From Acidimicrobiia bacterium (GTDB lineage Bacteria > Actinomycetota > Acidimicrobiia > Spongiisociales > ZC4RG35): a stretch of 64,000 nucleotides of DNA. Position numbers and translations under genes: made by a program. Below, in pieces: positions 47,780-57,906 of the stretch (position 1 is its first letter; each line of letters starts with the position of its first letter). The notes below the pieces were generated by a model. The model did not search any database and was not told the origin of the DNA. It saw only the letters and a program-made list of their open reading frames with translations. The stretch spans positions 448,001 through 512,000 of the forward strand of contig CBDBCY010000004.1 in the NCBI GenBank assembly GCA_965203555.1, written 5' to 3'.

Positions 47780-50623
47780 TTATCCGGCGCGGTCCAGGAG
47801 GGGGATCAGCATCCGGTTGAGATACCGACCGGTGTGGCTCCCGGAGGTGACCGCCACCTCTTCGGGAGAGCCGGTGGCCACTATCCGCCCTCCCCCGCTT
47901 CCGCCTTCCGGTCCCAGGTCGATGATGTGGTCCGCCGATTTGACGACATCCAGATTGTGCTCGATCACCACCACCGTGTTGCCCCCGTCCACCAGACGGT
48001 GCAGCACCCCCAACAGGCAGCGGACGTCCTCGAAGTGGAGACCGGTGGTCGGCTCGTCCAGAATGTAAATGGTGCGTCCTGTCCGAGCGTTTGCGCAACT
48101 CCGAAGCCAACTTGACGCGCTGCGCCTCACCGCCGGAGAGGGTGGTGGCCGCCTGTCCCAGACGGATGTAGCCCAATCCCACATCGCTCAGAGTCCGGAA
48201 GGTACGGGCGATGGCGGGATGATGCTCAAAAAGCCTCAATGCCTGGGAAACCGACATCTCCAGTATGTCGGCGATGCTCTGTCCCTTCCATAGAATCTGC
48301 AGCGTGTCCCGGTTGTATCTGCGTCCCCGGCACTGCTCGCAGGGGACGTAGACATCCGGCAAGAAGTGCATCTCGATCTTGATCGTCCCATCCCCGCGGC
48401 ACTCCTCGCAGCGACCCCCTCTCACGTTGAAAGAGAACCTTCCCGGCTTGTATCCCCTGGCCTGGGACTCGGGCACCCTGGAGAAGAGGGCGCGGATGTG
48501 ATCGAATACCTTGGTGTAGGTAGCGGGGTTCGAGCGGGGAGTGCGGCCGATGGGTGACTGGTCGATGTTTATGACCTTGTCGATGTGCTCTATCCCCTGG
48601 ATCTGCAGATGACGACCGGGCAGCACCCGGGAGCGGTAGATATTACGAAGCAGCGCCTTGTAAAGGATCTCCTCCACGAGCGTGGATTTACCACTGCCGG
48701 AAACACCGGTTACACAAATCAGCTTTCCCAACGGGAACTCCACGTCCAAATGCTGCAGGTTATGTTCGGCTGCGCCAAGCACCGCGGATGCTGTTCCCGC
48801 TGCCCGGCCTTCTCACGGCGGGAATGGGAATGGTCCGGCGTCCGGCCAGATAGTCACCGGTAATCGAAGAACGCTCCCGGCAGATAGCCTCCACCGTTCC
48901 CTGGGCAACGATCCGTCCGCCGTGCGCTCCCGCTCCGGGGCCGATGTCCACCACGTGGTCGGCACAGCGGATGGTCTCCTCGTCATGCTCCACCACCAGC
49001 AGAGTGTTGCCCAGATCCCGCAGCCTGTTGAGAGTTTCGATCAACCTTAGGTTGTCGCGCTGATGAAGGCCTATTGAGGGTTCGTCGAGGATGTACAGCA
49101 CCCCCACCAGTCCCGAACCGATCTGGGTGGCGAGCCTGATGCGCTGCGCCTCCCCCCCCGCCAGGGTGGCGGCCGATCTTCCCAGGGTCAGGTATCCCAG
49201 TCCCACATCCAGCAGAAAGGAGATGCGGGAACGGATCTCCTTGAGCACCCGCTCGGCGATGGCCATCTCCCGGTCGGTGAGCCGGAGACCGTCTATGAAG
49301 TCGAGCGACTCATCCAGCGAAAGTTCCGACACCCAGTGGATGGTCCGCCCTCCCACCGTCACCGCCCGGGAGACCGCCCCCAGCCGGGCGCCCCCGCAGT
49401 CATCGCACGGGACTTGTCGCATATATTGGCGGTAGGAGTCCCGGGCGGAATCCGAACCGGTCTCCCGGTGTCGGCGGTCCAGTTGAGGGATCACTCCCTC
49501 GTAGCGGGTGGTCCAGACTCGCCGTCTACCCCGGCGGTTGCGATAGCTCACCCGCAGTTGCCGTCCTTCGCCTCCGTGCAGGATCTCCTCTCGCACCGGA
49601 GCAGAGAGTTCCCGCCAGGGAGTGTGGAGGCTGAACCCCACATTCTGAGACAACGCGTCCAGCAGCCGGGAGTAATAGCCGCTGAACTGATATGCCCACG
49701 GAGCTATCGCTCCTTCAGCCACCGTTAAGCGATCATTGGGCACTACCAGGTCTTCGGCCACCTGGTATCGGGCGCCGATGCCTGCGCAGGTCGGGCAGGC
49801 ACCGTAGGGACTGTTGAAAGAGAAATTGCGGGGAGCGAGTTCGGAGAATGAGAACCCGCAGCGGTCGCAGGCCAGATGCTGGCTGAAGCTCAGGGTAGGG
49901 CCGTCGATGACATCCACCATCGCTTTGCCCTCGGCCAACCCCAGGGCGGTCTCGATCGACTGGGTGAGACGTTCCTCCATCCCCTCTCTTCGAACCAACC
50001 GGTCAACCACCACCTCGATGGTGTGCTGGTAGTAACGATCCAACCTGATCTCCTCATCGAGATACTGCACTTCGCCATCGACCCGCGCCCGGCTGTATCC
50101 CTGCCTTATCAGGTCCTTGAACAGGGATTGATATTCACCCTTTCGGCCTTCCACCACCGGCGCCAGCACCATGAACCGCACACCATCCTCCAGTTCCAGG
50201 ATGCGATCCACGATTTGCTGGGGAGTCTGGCGCTTCACCCACCTCCCCGTCGTTGGGGCAGTGGGGAATACCTATCCGTGCGAATAGGAGTCGCAGATAG
50301 TCATGAACCTCCGTCACGGTCCCCACCGTCGAGCGGGGATTGCGACTGGAGGTCTTCTGGTCTATGGAGATGGCGGGTGACAGCCCCTCGATGAAGTCAA
50401 CGTCGGGTTTGTCCATCTGCCCCAGAAACTGCCGAGCATACGCCGACAGCGACTCCACGTACCGACGCTGCCCTTCGGCGTAGACGGTGTCGAAAGCCAG
50501 GCTGGACTTGCCCGATCCCGACAGCCCGGTCAGAACAATAAACGCATCTCGGGGAAGTTCGACCGTGATGTCCTTGAGATTGTGCTCTCTGGCGCCGCTG
50601 ACGAGGATGGTTTCGGCAGTCAT
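47780..50623 (-). CDS. uvrA: Excinuclease ABC subunit A, split into four ORFs by three +1 frameshifts (near 50239, 48783, 48084)
   Basis: [17 protein letters not shown], zinc fingers, [35 protein letters not shown]; each break is one extra G in a G run. Confidence 0.93.
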
Positions 50624-50635
50624 CGGATTGGACCC

Positions 50636-52363
50636 TCAGGACGGGGAGCGGTCCAGACGCGCCCCGGTTGGGGCGGCGGTCCCGTCCGTCCGCACGTTGA
50701 CTCCATACGCTTTTTCCGCCTGCTCAGCCGACACATATTCATCCAGAACGTCTTGTCGTACCAACTCGATTGGGCGATCCAGAGGATCACCCCATCCTCC
50801 CCCGCCCCCTGAGAGGTTACGAAACCGATCTCCGGGATGCATGGTAAATCTCTCCATCCGAGCCCGGTGTGCCCGGTCGGTGTCGGGCCAAACCACCATG
50901 GCATTGGTCTCCGGCTCGTGCCCACCCCGCAACGCCCACGGCTTGGTCTTGGTCTTCTTCTTCATGGAAAGCACCTCGCCGGTGGCCAGGAACCTAACTT
51001 GCCTGCAGACTCCCAGACCGCCCCGCCACCTGCCGGCCCCACCCGAGTCCTGACGCAACTCCAACCGCTCATGAAAGATCGGAGACTTGTGCTCCAAGAC
51101 CTCCATCGAGGTATTCCTGACCGCGGTGGTGGAGAGATGCTGCAGCGCGTTGGCCCCGTCGTACTTGGGAGTCGCCCCCCACCCGATCCCCTCGTTGTTG
51201 CTGACCAAGAACATCTCATCGGTGTCGGGATGGGTGCCCACCGCCATGAATCCCGGCAGGTCGGAGCCCGACGATGCAGCGATCTGATCCATACCCTGGG
51301 CAAGCGCCTTGTTGATCAACTCAAAGCCGGCCATACCGGTCCAGAGAGTGTAGGTGGCGGACGGGTAGACGGCATGGAAGAGATTCCCGGGGGGACAGAT
51401 CACCCGAAGCGGCTGGTAATGGCCGTGGTTGGCAGGAGCGTGGGGGGTGGTCAGAGACTTGAAGACATTCTTGACCAGGCTCACCGTACTCCCGAAAGGC
51501 ATGTTCACCGGCCCGGGAACCGCTCCGTCGGAGTCACCATAATCCACCGTGAACGTGTCCTCTTCGATGGTGACCGTCACCGCCATCCTGATCAGGTCAT
51601 GGGAGACCCCGTCGTCATCCAGCCAGTCATGGGCCGACCACTGTCCATCCGGCATCGCCCGCACCGCATCCCGGGCCGTTTCAGCTCCGTGCCCGATGAT
51701 CAGGTCGACGGCTTCATCCACCGTGCTCAAGCCGAATTTCTCCCAGATCTGGTGGAGCCGCCTCTCCCCCACCCGTAGACAGGCGACCTGGGCATTGAAG
51801 TCCCCAATGATATTCACCGGCAACCGGGAGTTGTATCGGAGGATGGCCATCATCTGCTGGTCGATCTTGCCCCGACGGACCAACTTCACGGCCGGCAGGA
51901 TCAGCCCCTCCTGATGCACAGAGGTGGAGTCCAGAACGTAGCCGGGATCCTTGGCGCCCAGGTCCATCCAATGCGCCCGCACCGCCAGATAGCCATCGGG
52001 CACATCACTCCCATCGGCGAACACCGGAGCGAACATCATGGCGTCAGCCGCGTGCGCCCCGCTCCAGTAGGGGTAATTGAGAATCACCACATCGCCGGGG
52101 TCAAGGTTTTCTGCGCCCACTCTTTCGACACCCTCGACAATGGCGTAGTCGTTGGCGCCCAGAAAGGAAAGCAGCCCTGACGACTCGGCGATCAACCGAC
52201 GGTCCCGGTCGTACATGGAGATGCCAAAATCCAGCACCTCATAGATAACCGGATTGAACGCCGTCCTCACCAGAGTGCGGCGCATCTGCTCAGCCGTGGA
52301 GTTGAGATAGTGACGGATCACCTCCACGGTGGCGCCGTCCAGGGCGGTACTCACCTCAGCCAT
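50636..52363 (-). CDS. Hydantoinase B / 5-oxoprolinase-type subunit, copy 3 in operon order
   Basis: EQMRRTLVRTAFNP.IYE.LDF, GAHAAD, AHWMDLG, DSGGAGRWRGG, GGGGWGDP. Confidence 0.93.
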   Translation of the reverse strand: MAEVSTALDGATVEVIRHYLNSTAEQMRRTLVRTAFNPVIYEVLDFGISMYDRDRRLIAESSGLLSFLGANDYAIVEGVERVGAENLDPGDVVILNYPYWSGAHAADAMMFAPVFADGSDVPDGYLAVRAHWMDLGAKDPGYVLDSTSVHQEGLILPAVKLVRRGKIDQQMMAILRYNSRLPVNIIGDFNAQVACLRVGERRLHQIWEKFGLSTVDEAVDLIIGHGAETARDAVRAMPDGQWSAHDWLDDDGVSHDLIRMAVTVTIEEDTFTVDYGDSDGAVPGPVNMPFGSTVSLVKNVFKSLTTPHAPANHGHYQPLRVICPPGNLFHAVYPSATYTLWTGMAGFELINKALAQGMDQIAASSGSDLPGFMAVGTHPDTDEMFLVSNNEGIGWGATPKYDGANALQHLSTTAVRNTSMEVLEHKSPIFHERLELRQDSGGAGRWRGGLGVCRQVRFLATGEVLSMKKKTKTKPWALRGGHEPETNAMVVWPDTDRAHRARMERFTMHPGDRFRNLSGGGGGWGDPLDRPIELVRQDVLDEYVSAEQAEKAYGVNVRTDGTAAPTGARLDRSPS

Positions 52364-54116
52364 GGCCAGGCATTAACGATGTCGGTCGATTGAGGCGCGC
52401 CCCGGTCGCAGTGGCGGTTCCGTCCGCCTCCACCCTCACCCCATACACCTTCTCCGCCTGTTCCGGCGAGACATATCCGTCCAGAACGTCTTCACGGATC
52501 AACGGGATGGGTCGGTCCAGGGGATCCCCCCAACCACCGCCGCCCCCTGAGAGATTACGGAACCGATCACCCGGCTGCATGGTGAACCTCTCCATCCTTG
52601 CCCGATGAGCGCGGTCGGTGTCGGGCCACACGATCATGGCATTGGTCTCCGGCCGGCGCCCACCCCGAAGCGCCCACGGCTTGGTCTTGGTCTTCTTCTT
52701 CATCGACAGCATCTCGCCGGTGGCCAGGAACCTAACCTCGCGGCAGATCCCCAGACCACCCCTCCACCTGCCGGCCCCGCCCGAGTCCTGGCGCAACTCC
52801 AACCGTTCGTGAAAGATGGGCGAGCGGTGCTCCAAGACCTCCATTGATGTGTTGCGGACAGCAGTCATGGCAAGATGCTGCAAGGCATTGGCCCCATCGT
52901 GGTTGGGGGTTGCGCCCCAGCCGATCCCCTCGTTATTGCTCACCGCATACATCTCTGCGGTGTCGGGATGGGTCCCCACCGCCATGAACCCTGGCTCATC
53001 GGAAGCGGAACAGGCTGCAATCTCATCCATCCCCCGGGCCAACGCCTTGTGGATCAACTCGAAAGACGCCATGCCGGTCCAGAGTGTGAAGGTGGCCGCC
53101 GGGTATACGGCGTGGAACAGATTGCCCGGCGGGCAGGACACCGCCAGCGGTCGGTAATGGCCATGGTTGGCGGGGGTGCCGGGAGTTGTCAGAGACTTGA
53201 ACACCGCCTTGGCCATGCTCAGCGTCCTGCCGAACGGCATGTTCACCGGCCCGGGTACCGCTCCGTCGGAGTCACCATAGTCCACGGTGAATCTCTCCCC
53301 ATCGATCGTCACTTTCACCGCCATCCTGATCAGGTCATAGGAGATCCCGTCGTCATCCAGCCAATCGTGCGCCGACCACTCTCCATCGGGCATCGCCCGC
53401 ACCGCCTCCGTCGCGGTTTGGGCCCCATGCTCGATGATGCGATCAACGGCGGCGTCCACGGTGGCCAGCCCGAACTTTTCCCAGATCTGACGAAACCGCC
53501 GCTCCCCCACCCGCAGCGCCGCCACCTGAGCATTGAAGTCCCCAATGATGGTGTCAGGCATCCGGGAGTTGTATCGCAGGATGTCGATTATCTGCTGATC
53601 CACCGTCCCCCGTTTGATCACCTTGATGCCCGGCATGATCAGCCCCTCCTGGTGCATGGAAGTGGAATCCAGCACGTAACCCGGATCCTTGGCGCCCAGA
53701 TCCATCCAGTGAGCCCGCACCGCCAGATAGACGTCGGGGCGGTCACTTCCTTTGGCGAACACCGGAGCGAACAACATGGCGTCGGATACATGGGCGCCAC
53801 TCCAGTAGGGATAGTTGATCATCACCACGTCGCCTGCGTGAAGATTCTCGATCCCCACCTTTTCAACGCCCTTGTGAATGGCATAGTCGTTGGCGCCCAG
53901 GAAAGAGAGCAACCCCGATGACTCGGAGATCAGCCGCCGGTCCCGGTCGTACATGGAGATGCCGAAGTCCAGCACCTCATAGATAACCGGGTTGAAGGCG
54001 GTCCTCACCAGGGTGCGACGCATCTGCTCAGCCGTGGAGTTGAGATAGTGACGGATCACCTCCACGGTGGCGCCGTCCAGTGCAGGACGGGCGTTCACCT
54101 CATCCACGACGACCAT
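52356..54116 (-). CDS. Hydantoinase B / 5-oxoprolinase-type subunit, copy 2
   Basis: Same motifs (GAHVSD); close paralog. Confidence 0.93.
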   Translation of the reverse strand: MVVVDEVNARPALDGATVEVIRHYLNSTAEQMRRTLVRTAFNPVIYEVLDFGISMYDRDRRLISESSGLLSFLGANDYAIHKGVEKVGIENLHAGDVVMINYPYWSGAHVSDAMLFAPVFAKGSDRPDVYLAVRAHWMDLGAKDPGYVLDSTSMHQEGLIMPGIKVIKRGTVDQQIIDILRYNSRMPDTIIGDFNAQVAALRVGERRFRQIWEKFGLATVDAAVDRIIEHGAQTATEAVRAMPDGEWSAHDWLDDDGISYDLIRMAVKVTIDGERFTVDYGDSDGAVPGPVNMPFGRTLSMAKAVFKSLTTPGTPANHGHYRPLAVSCPPGNLFHAVYPAATFTLWTGMASFELIHKALARGMDEIAACSASDEPGFMAVGTHPDTAEMYAVSNNEGIGWGATPNHDGANALQHLAMTAVRNTSMEVLEHRSPIFHERLELRQDSGGAGRWRGGLGICREVRFLATGEMLSMKKKTKTKPWALRGGRRPETNAMIVWPDTDRAHRARMERFTMQPGDRFRNLSGGGGGWGDPLDRPIPLIREDVLDGYVSPEQAEKVYGVRVEADGTATATGARLNRPTSLMPGHG

Positions 54117-55844
54117 TTACAAGTGTTGGTAACTCTGCCGAGCTCCGGTCGCAGTCGCCGTTCCGTCCGCCTCCACCTTTACCCCATACACTTTCTCGGC
54201 CTGCTCCACGGAGACATATTCGTCCATAACATCCTGCCGCACCAACTCGACGGGACGGTCCAGGGGATCGCCCCAGCCACCGCCGCCCGCCGAGAAGTTG
54301 CGGAAACCCTCTCCGGGCTGCATGGTGAACCTCTCCATCCTCGCTCGATGAGCCCGGTCGGTGTCCGGCCACACGATCATGGTGTTGGTGGTCTCCGGCT
54401 CATGTCCCCCGTGAAGCGCCCACGGCTTGGTCTTGGTCTTCTTCTTCATCGACAACAGTTCCCCCACCGCCAGCCACTTCACCTCCCGGCAGACGCCCAG
54501 GCCGCCCCGCCACCGGCCGGCCCCGCCCGAGTCCCGGCGCAACTCCAACCGCTCATGAAAGATCGGAGACTTGTGCTCCAGGACCTCCATGGAGGTGTTG
54601 CGGACCGCAGTGGTGGAGAGATGCTGCAGGGCGTTGGAGCCGTCGTGATCGGGGGTGGCGCCCCACCCGATCCCCTCGTTGTTGCTGACCGAGTACATCT
54701 CCCCGGTGTCGGGATGGGTGCCCACCGCCATGAACCCGGGTTCGTCGGAACCCGAGGAGGCCGCGATGTGGTCCATCCCCTGAGCCAGCGCCTTGTTGAT
54801 CAACTCGAAGGACACCATCGCCGACCAGAGCGTGTAGGTGGCGGCCGGATAGACCGCATGGAAAAGATTCCCGGGCGGACAGATCACCTCGAGGGGTTGG
54901 TAGTGGCCGTGGTTGGCGGGAGTCTCCGGCGTGGTAAGCGATTTGAAAACGTTCTTAGCCTGGCTCAAGGTGCTCCCGAACGGAATGTTCACCGGACCGG
55001 GCACGCCCGGGTCGGAATCGCCGTAATCGACGGTGAATCTGTCGCCTTCGATGGTGACCGTAACCGCCATCCTGATCAGGTCATGGGAAACCCCGTCGTC
55101 GTCCAGCCAGTCATGCGCCGACCACTGTCCGTCCGGCATTGCCCGCACCGCCTCCCGGGCGGTTTCGGCGCCATGCTCGATGATCATGTCGATGGCCGCG
55201 TCGACCTCTGCAAGCCCGAACTTCTCCCAGATCTGACGAAGGCGCCGCTCCCCCACCCGCATGGCCGAGATCTGGGCATTGAAATCCCCGATGATTGTCT
55301 CCGGCATCCTGGAGTTGTATCGCAGGATGGCCATGATCTGGGGGTCCACCACCCCCCGCTTGATCAATTTGACGGCCGGAAGGATCAGCCCTTCCTGGTG
55401 GACGGAGGTGGAGTCCAGCACGTAGCCGGGGTCCTTCGCCCCCAGATCCATCCAATGGGCCCGCACCGCCAGGTAGGCGTCAGGCAGATCGCTTCCCTCG
55501 CCGAATATCGGCGTGAACATCATGGCGTCGGCGGCGTGCGCCCCGCTCCAGTAAGGAACGTTGATTATCACCACATCCCCGGGGTGCAGGTTCTCGATCC
55601 CCACCTTCTCGACGCCCTTGTGGATGGCGAAGTCGTTGGCGCCGAGGAAGGAAAGAATCCCTGATGACTCGGAGATCAGCCGACGCTTGCGGTCGTAGAC
55701 AGAGATACCGAAGTCCAGCACCTCGTAGATCACCGGGTTGAAGGCGGTCCTCACCAGGGTGCGACGCATCTGCTCGGCCGTGGAATTCAGGTAGTGACGG
55801 ATCACCTCCACGGTGGCGCCGTCCAGTTTCGGCCGGATGCTCAC
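54117..55844 (-). CDS. Hydantoinase B / 5-oxoprolinase-type subunit, copy 1
   Basis: Same motifs; GTGA overlap with the hydantoinase A stop. Confidence 0.93.
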   Translation of the reverse strand: MSIRPKLDGATVEVIRHYLNSTAEQMRRTLVRTAFNPVIYEVLDFGISVYDRKRRLISESSGILSFLGANDFAIHKGVEKVGIENLHPGDVVIINVPYWSGAHAADAMMFTPIFGEGSDLPDAYLAVRAHWMDLGAKDPGYVLDSTSVHQEGLILPAVKLIKRGVVDPQIMAILRYNSRMPETIIGDFNAQISAMRVGERRLRQIWEKFGLAEVDAAIDMIIEHGAETAREAVRAMPDGQWSAHDWLDDDGVSHDLIRMAVTVTIEGDRFTVDYGDSDPGVPGPVNIPFGSTLSQAKNVFKSLTTPETPANHGHYQPLEVICPPGNLFHAVYPAATYTLWSAMVSFELINKALAQGMDHIAASSGSDEPGFMAVGTHPDTGEMYSVSNNEGIGWGATPDHDGSNALQHLSTTAVRNTSMEVLEHKSPIFHERLELRRDSGGAGRWRGGLGVCREVKWLAVGELLSMKKKTKTKPWALHGGHEPETTNTMIVWPDTDRAHRARMERFTMQPGEGFRNFSAGGGGWGDPLDRPVELVRQDVMDEYVSVEQAEKVYGVKVEADGTATATGARQSYQHL

Positions 55845-57880
55845 CTAACCACCAGGTTCCCCAAATGGTCGGGCACCGCGCTTTGGTCGCTGTGGACGAT
55901 CGTCACGCAGGTGGGCTCCCGAATGATGGCCGGACCCTCAATCTCTACTTCCGGTTGAAGAAGGCGCCGCTCGTAGAGAGGGAACAGGCGGCGCTCCCTG
56001 GTGGCGAAGTCGAAAGCGTAACGCTCCCCGACTCGACTCTCCGACCCGTCAAGCCCTGAATCCGGGTCGGCGTCGAGATGGCCGGAAGGCTTGTCCAAGA
56101 GCCCGATCGCCCTGACCCGGGCCGTCAGAATCTGGATTTCCTCGTTCAGTTCGTGACCGTAGCGCTCCCGGTGCTGGTCGTGGAATTTGGCGGCCACCGA
56201 CTGCTGGTCGTCGGCCTCTTCCAAATCGACCGACAAGGTGTGTTCCTGACCGTTGTAACGCAGATCGAGTCGTCTGAGAAAGACCCGGTTCTCCACCGGC
56301 ACGGACTGGGTCGCCAGCACCTGGTCGGCCTCCCTCTCCAGTCGGGCCAACACGCCCTCCATCTCGGCGAGAGCTGCGTCGTCCAGCATGGTCAGGACCG
56401 TCTGTCCCACGTCGTATTCCAGGTCGGACATCAGCATCCCCCAGGCGGAGAACACCGCCGGGGCGGCCGGCACCACTACCTCGGGCATTTCCATCTCCCT
56501 GGCCAGAAGCGGCGCCAGCATCGGTCCGGCACCGCCGAAGGCCACCAACGAAAACTCCCTGGGATCGAGACCCCGCTCCACCGTGATCTCCCGGATGGCG
56601 CCCACGGTACGAGCCAGCAGTACGTCGAACACCGAGGCGGCGGCCCGTTCGGCGGACATACCGAGGGGTTCGGCCAGTTTCTCGGTAACCCCCCGGACCG
56701 CCGCCTCCCCGTCAAGGCTCATCTCGCCTCCCAGGAACTCGTCCGCCGCCAGGTATCCCAGACACAGGGCCGCATCGGTGACAGTGGGCTCGGTATTCCC
56801 CCGTCCGTAGCAGATCGGCCCGGGAACGGCGCCGGCGCTCCGGGGCCCCACTCGTAGGAGTCCCTTGTCCATCCAGGCGATGGAACCGCCCCCGGCGCCG
56901 ATGGTGCGGATGTCGAACACCGGGATGCGGATGGGAAGGGCTTCGATCTCCGCCTCGTAGACCTCGGTGGGCGTCCCGTCCACGATGACGCAGGCATCGA
57001 GGCTGGTACCTCCCACATCGAAAGAGATGAGAGAGGAGCGCCCGGTGTTTCCTCCCAGACTGATGGTGCCGGCGATGCCTCCGGCCGGACCGGAAAATAC
57101 GGTGAGGAGGGGTGACAGCCGGGCGATCTCGGAAGTCATCGCCCCACCCGCCGAACGCATTATCAAAAAGGAACCGTCGAAACCTCCCTCCCGCAACCGG
57201 TCTTCCAGGTCGGTGAGATACCTTCCCAGGATTGGCCTTATGTAGGCATCGGCCACCGCGGTCGAAGTCCGTTCGTACTCGTGGTATTCCTTCACCAGAT
57301 CGATGGAAACAGAGACCGTAAGGTCGGGAAAGGCCTTGGTCAGGATGCTCTTGGCGGCCTCTTCGTGTTCGGTGTTGGCGTAGGAGTGTAAAAAACAGAC
57401 CGCCACCGACTCCACTCCCCGCTCCGACAGTTGGCGACCCGCCTCTATCACCGCCTGGTGGTCCAGTTCTGTTATTACCTTGCCGCGGTGGTCGATGCGC
57501 CCGGGAACCCCCACCGTGTGACGTCGCTTGACCAACAGTTCCGGGCGCCGGTACTGGAAGTCATACTTGGAACCGCTGGGTAGATCTCCGCGGGCAATCT
57601 CGAAAATGTCCCGGAAGCCTGCATTGGTGATTATGCCGGTCACCGCTCCCTTTCGTTCCAGAATTGCGTTGAGCCCGAGGGTGGTGCCGTGGGTGTAGAC
57701 GGAGGTTTCCTCCAGGGAGGCGTTGGTGGCCCGGGTGGCGGTAATCACGCCGTCCGCCGGCGCCGCGGGAGTGGTGGGCGCCTTACGCACCGTGATCTTG
57801 CCGCTTTGCTCGTCATAGGCGATGGCGTCGACGAAGGTTCCGCCTATGTCCACCGCCAAGCGGTGTTTGCGTTCAGTCAT
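55841..57880 (-). CDS. Hydantoinase A / 5-oxoprolinase ATP-binding subunit
   Basis: VDIGGTFVD, HGTT, EYERTST, SGPAGG, DVGGTS, IGAGGGS, GP.SAGA.PGP, FGGAG. Confidence 0.93.
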   Translation of the reverse strand: MTERKHRLAVDIGGTFVDAIAYDEQSGKITVRKAPTTPAAPADGVITATRATNASLEETSVYTHGTTLGLNAILERKGAVTGIITNAGFRDIFEIARGDLPSGSKYDFQYRRPELLVKRRHTVGVPGRIDHRGKVITELDHQAVIEAGRQLSERGVESVAVCFLHSYANTEHEEAAKSILTKAFPDLTVSVSIDLVKEYHEYERTSTAVADAYIRPILGRYLTDLEDRLREGGFDGSFLIMRSAGGAMTSEIARLSPLLTVFSGPAGGIAGTISLGGNTGRSSLISFDVGGTSLDACVIVDGTPTEVYEAEIEALPIRIPVFDIRTIGAGGGSIAWMDKGLLRVGPRSAGAVPGPICYGRGNTEPTVTDAALCLGYLAADEFLGGEMSLDGEAAVRGVTEKLAEPLGMSAERAAASVFDVLLARTVGAIREITVERGLDPREFSLVAFGGAGPMLAPLLAREMEMPEVVVPAAPAVFSAWGMLMSDLEYDVGQTVLTMLDDAALAEMEGVLARLEREADQVLATQSVPVENRVFLRRLDLRYNGQEHTLSVDLEEADDQQSVAAKFHDQHRERYGHELNEEIQILTARVRAIGLLDKPSGHLDADPDSGLDGSESRVGERYAFDFATRERRLFPLYERRLLQPEVEIEGPAIIREPTCVTIVHSDQSAVPDHLGNLVVR

Positions 57881-57906
57881 CTTCTTTCTCAGCGGAGACG
57901 TTGTTG

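Noticed and set aside
52875-55664. Long + strand ORFs (348 and 538 aa) with mutual similarity
   Set aside because: Antisense shadows of the HyuB paralogs in high-GC DNA.
50636-55844. Near-identical repeats among HyuB genes as a possible diversity-generating retroelement
   Set aside because: No reverse transcriptase, and the differences are not adenine-specific; these are whole-gene paralogs.
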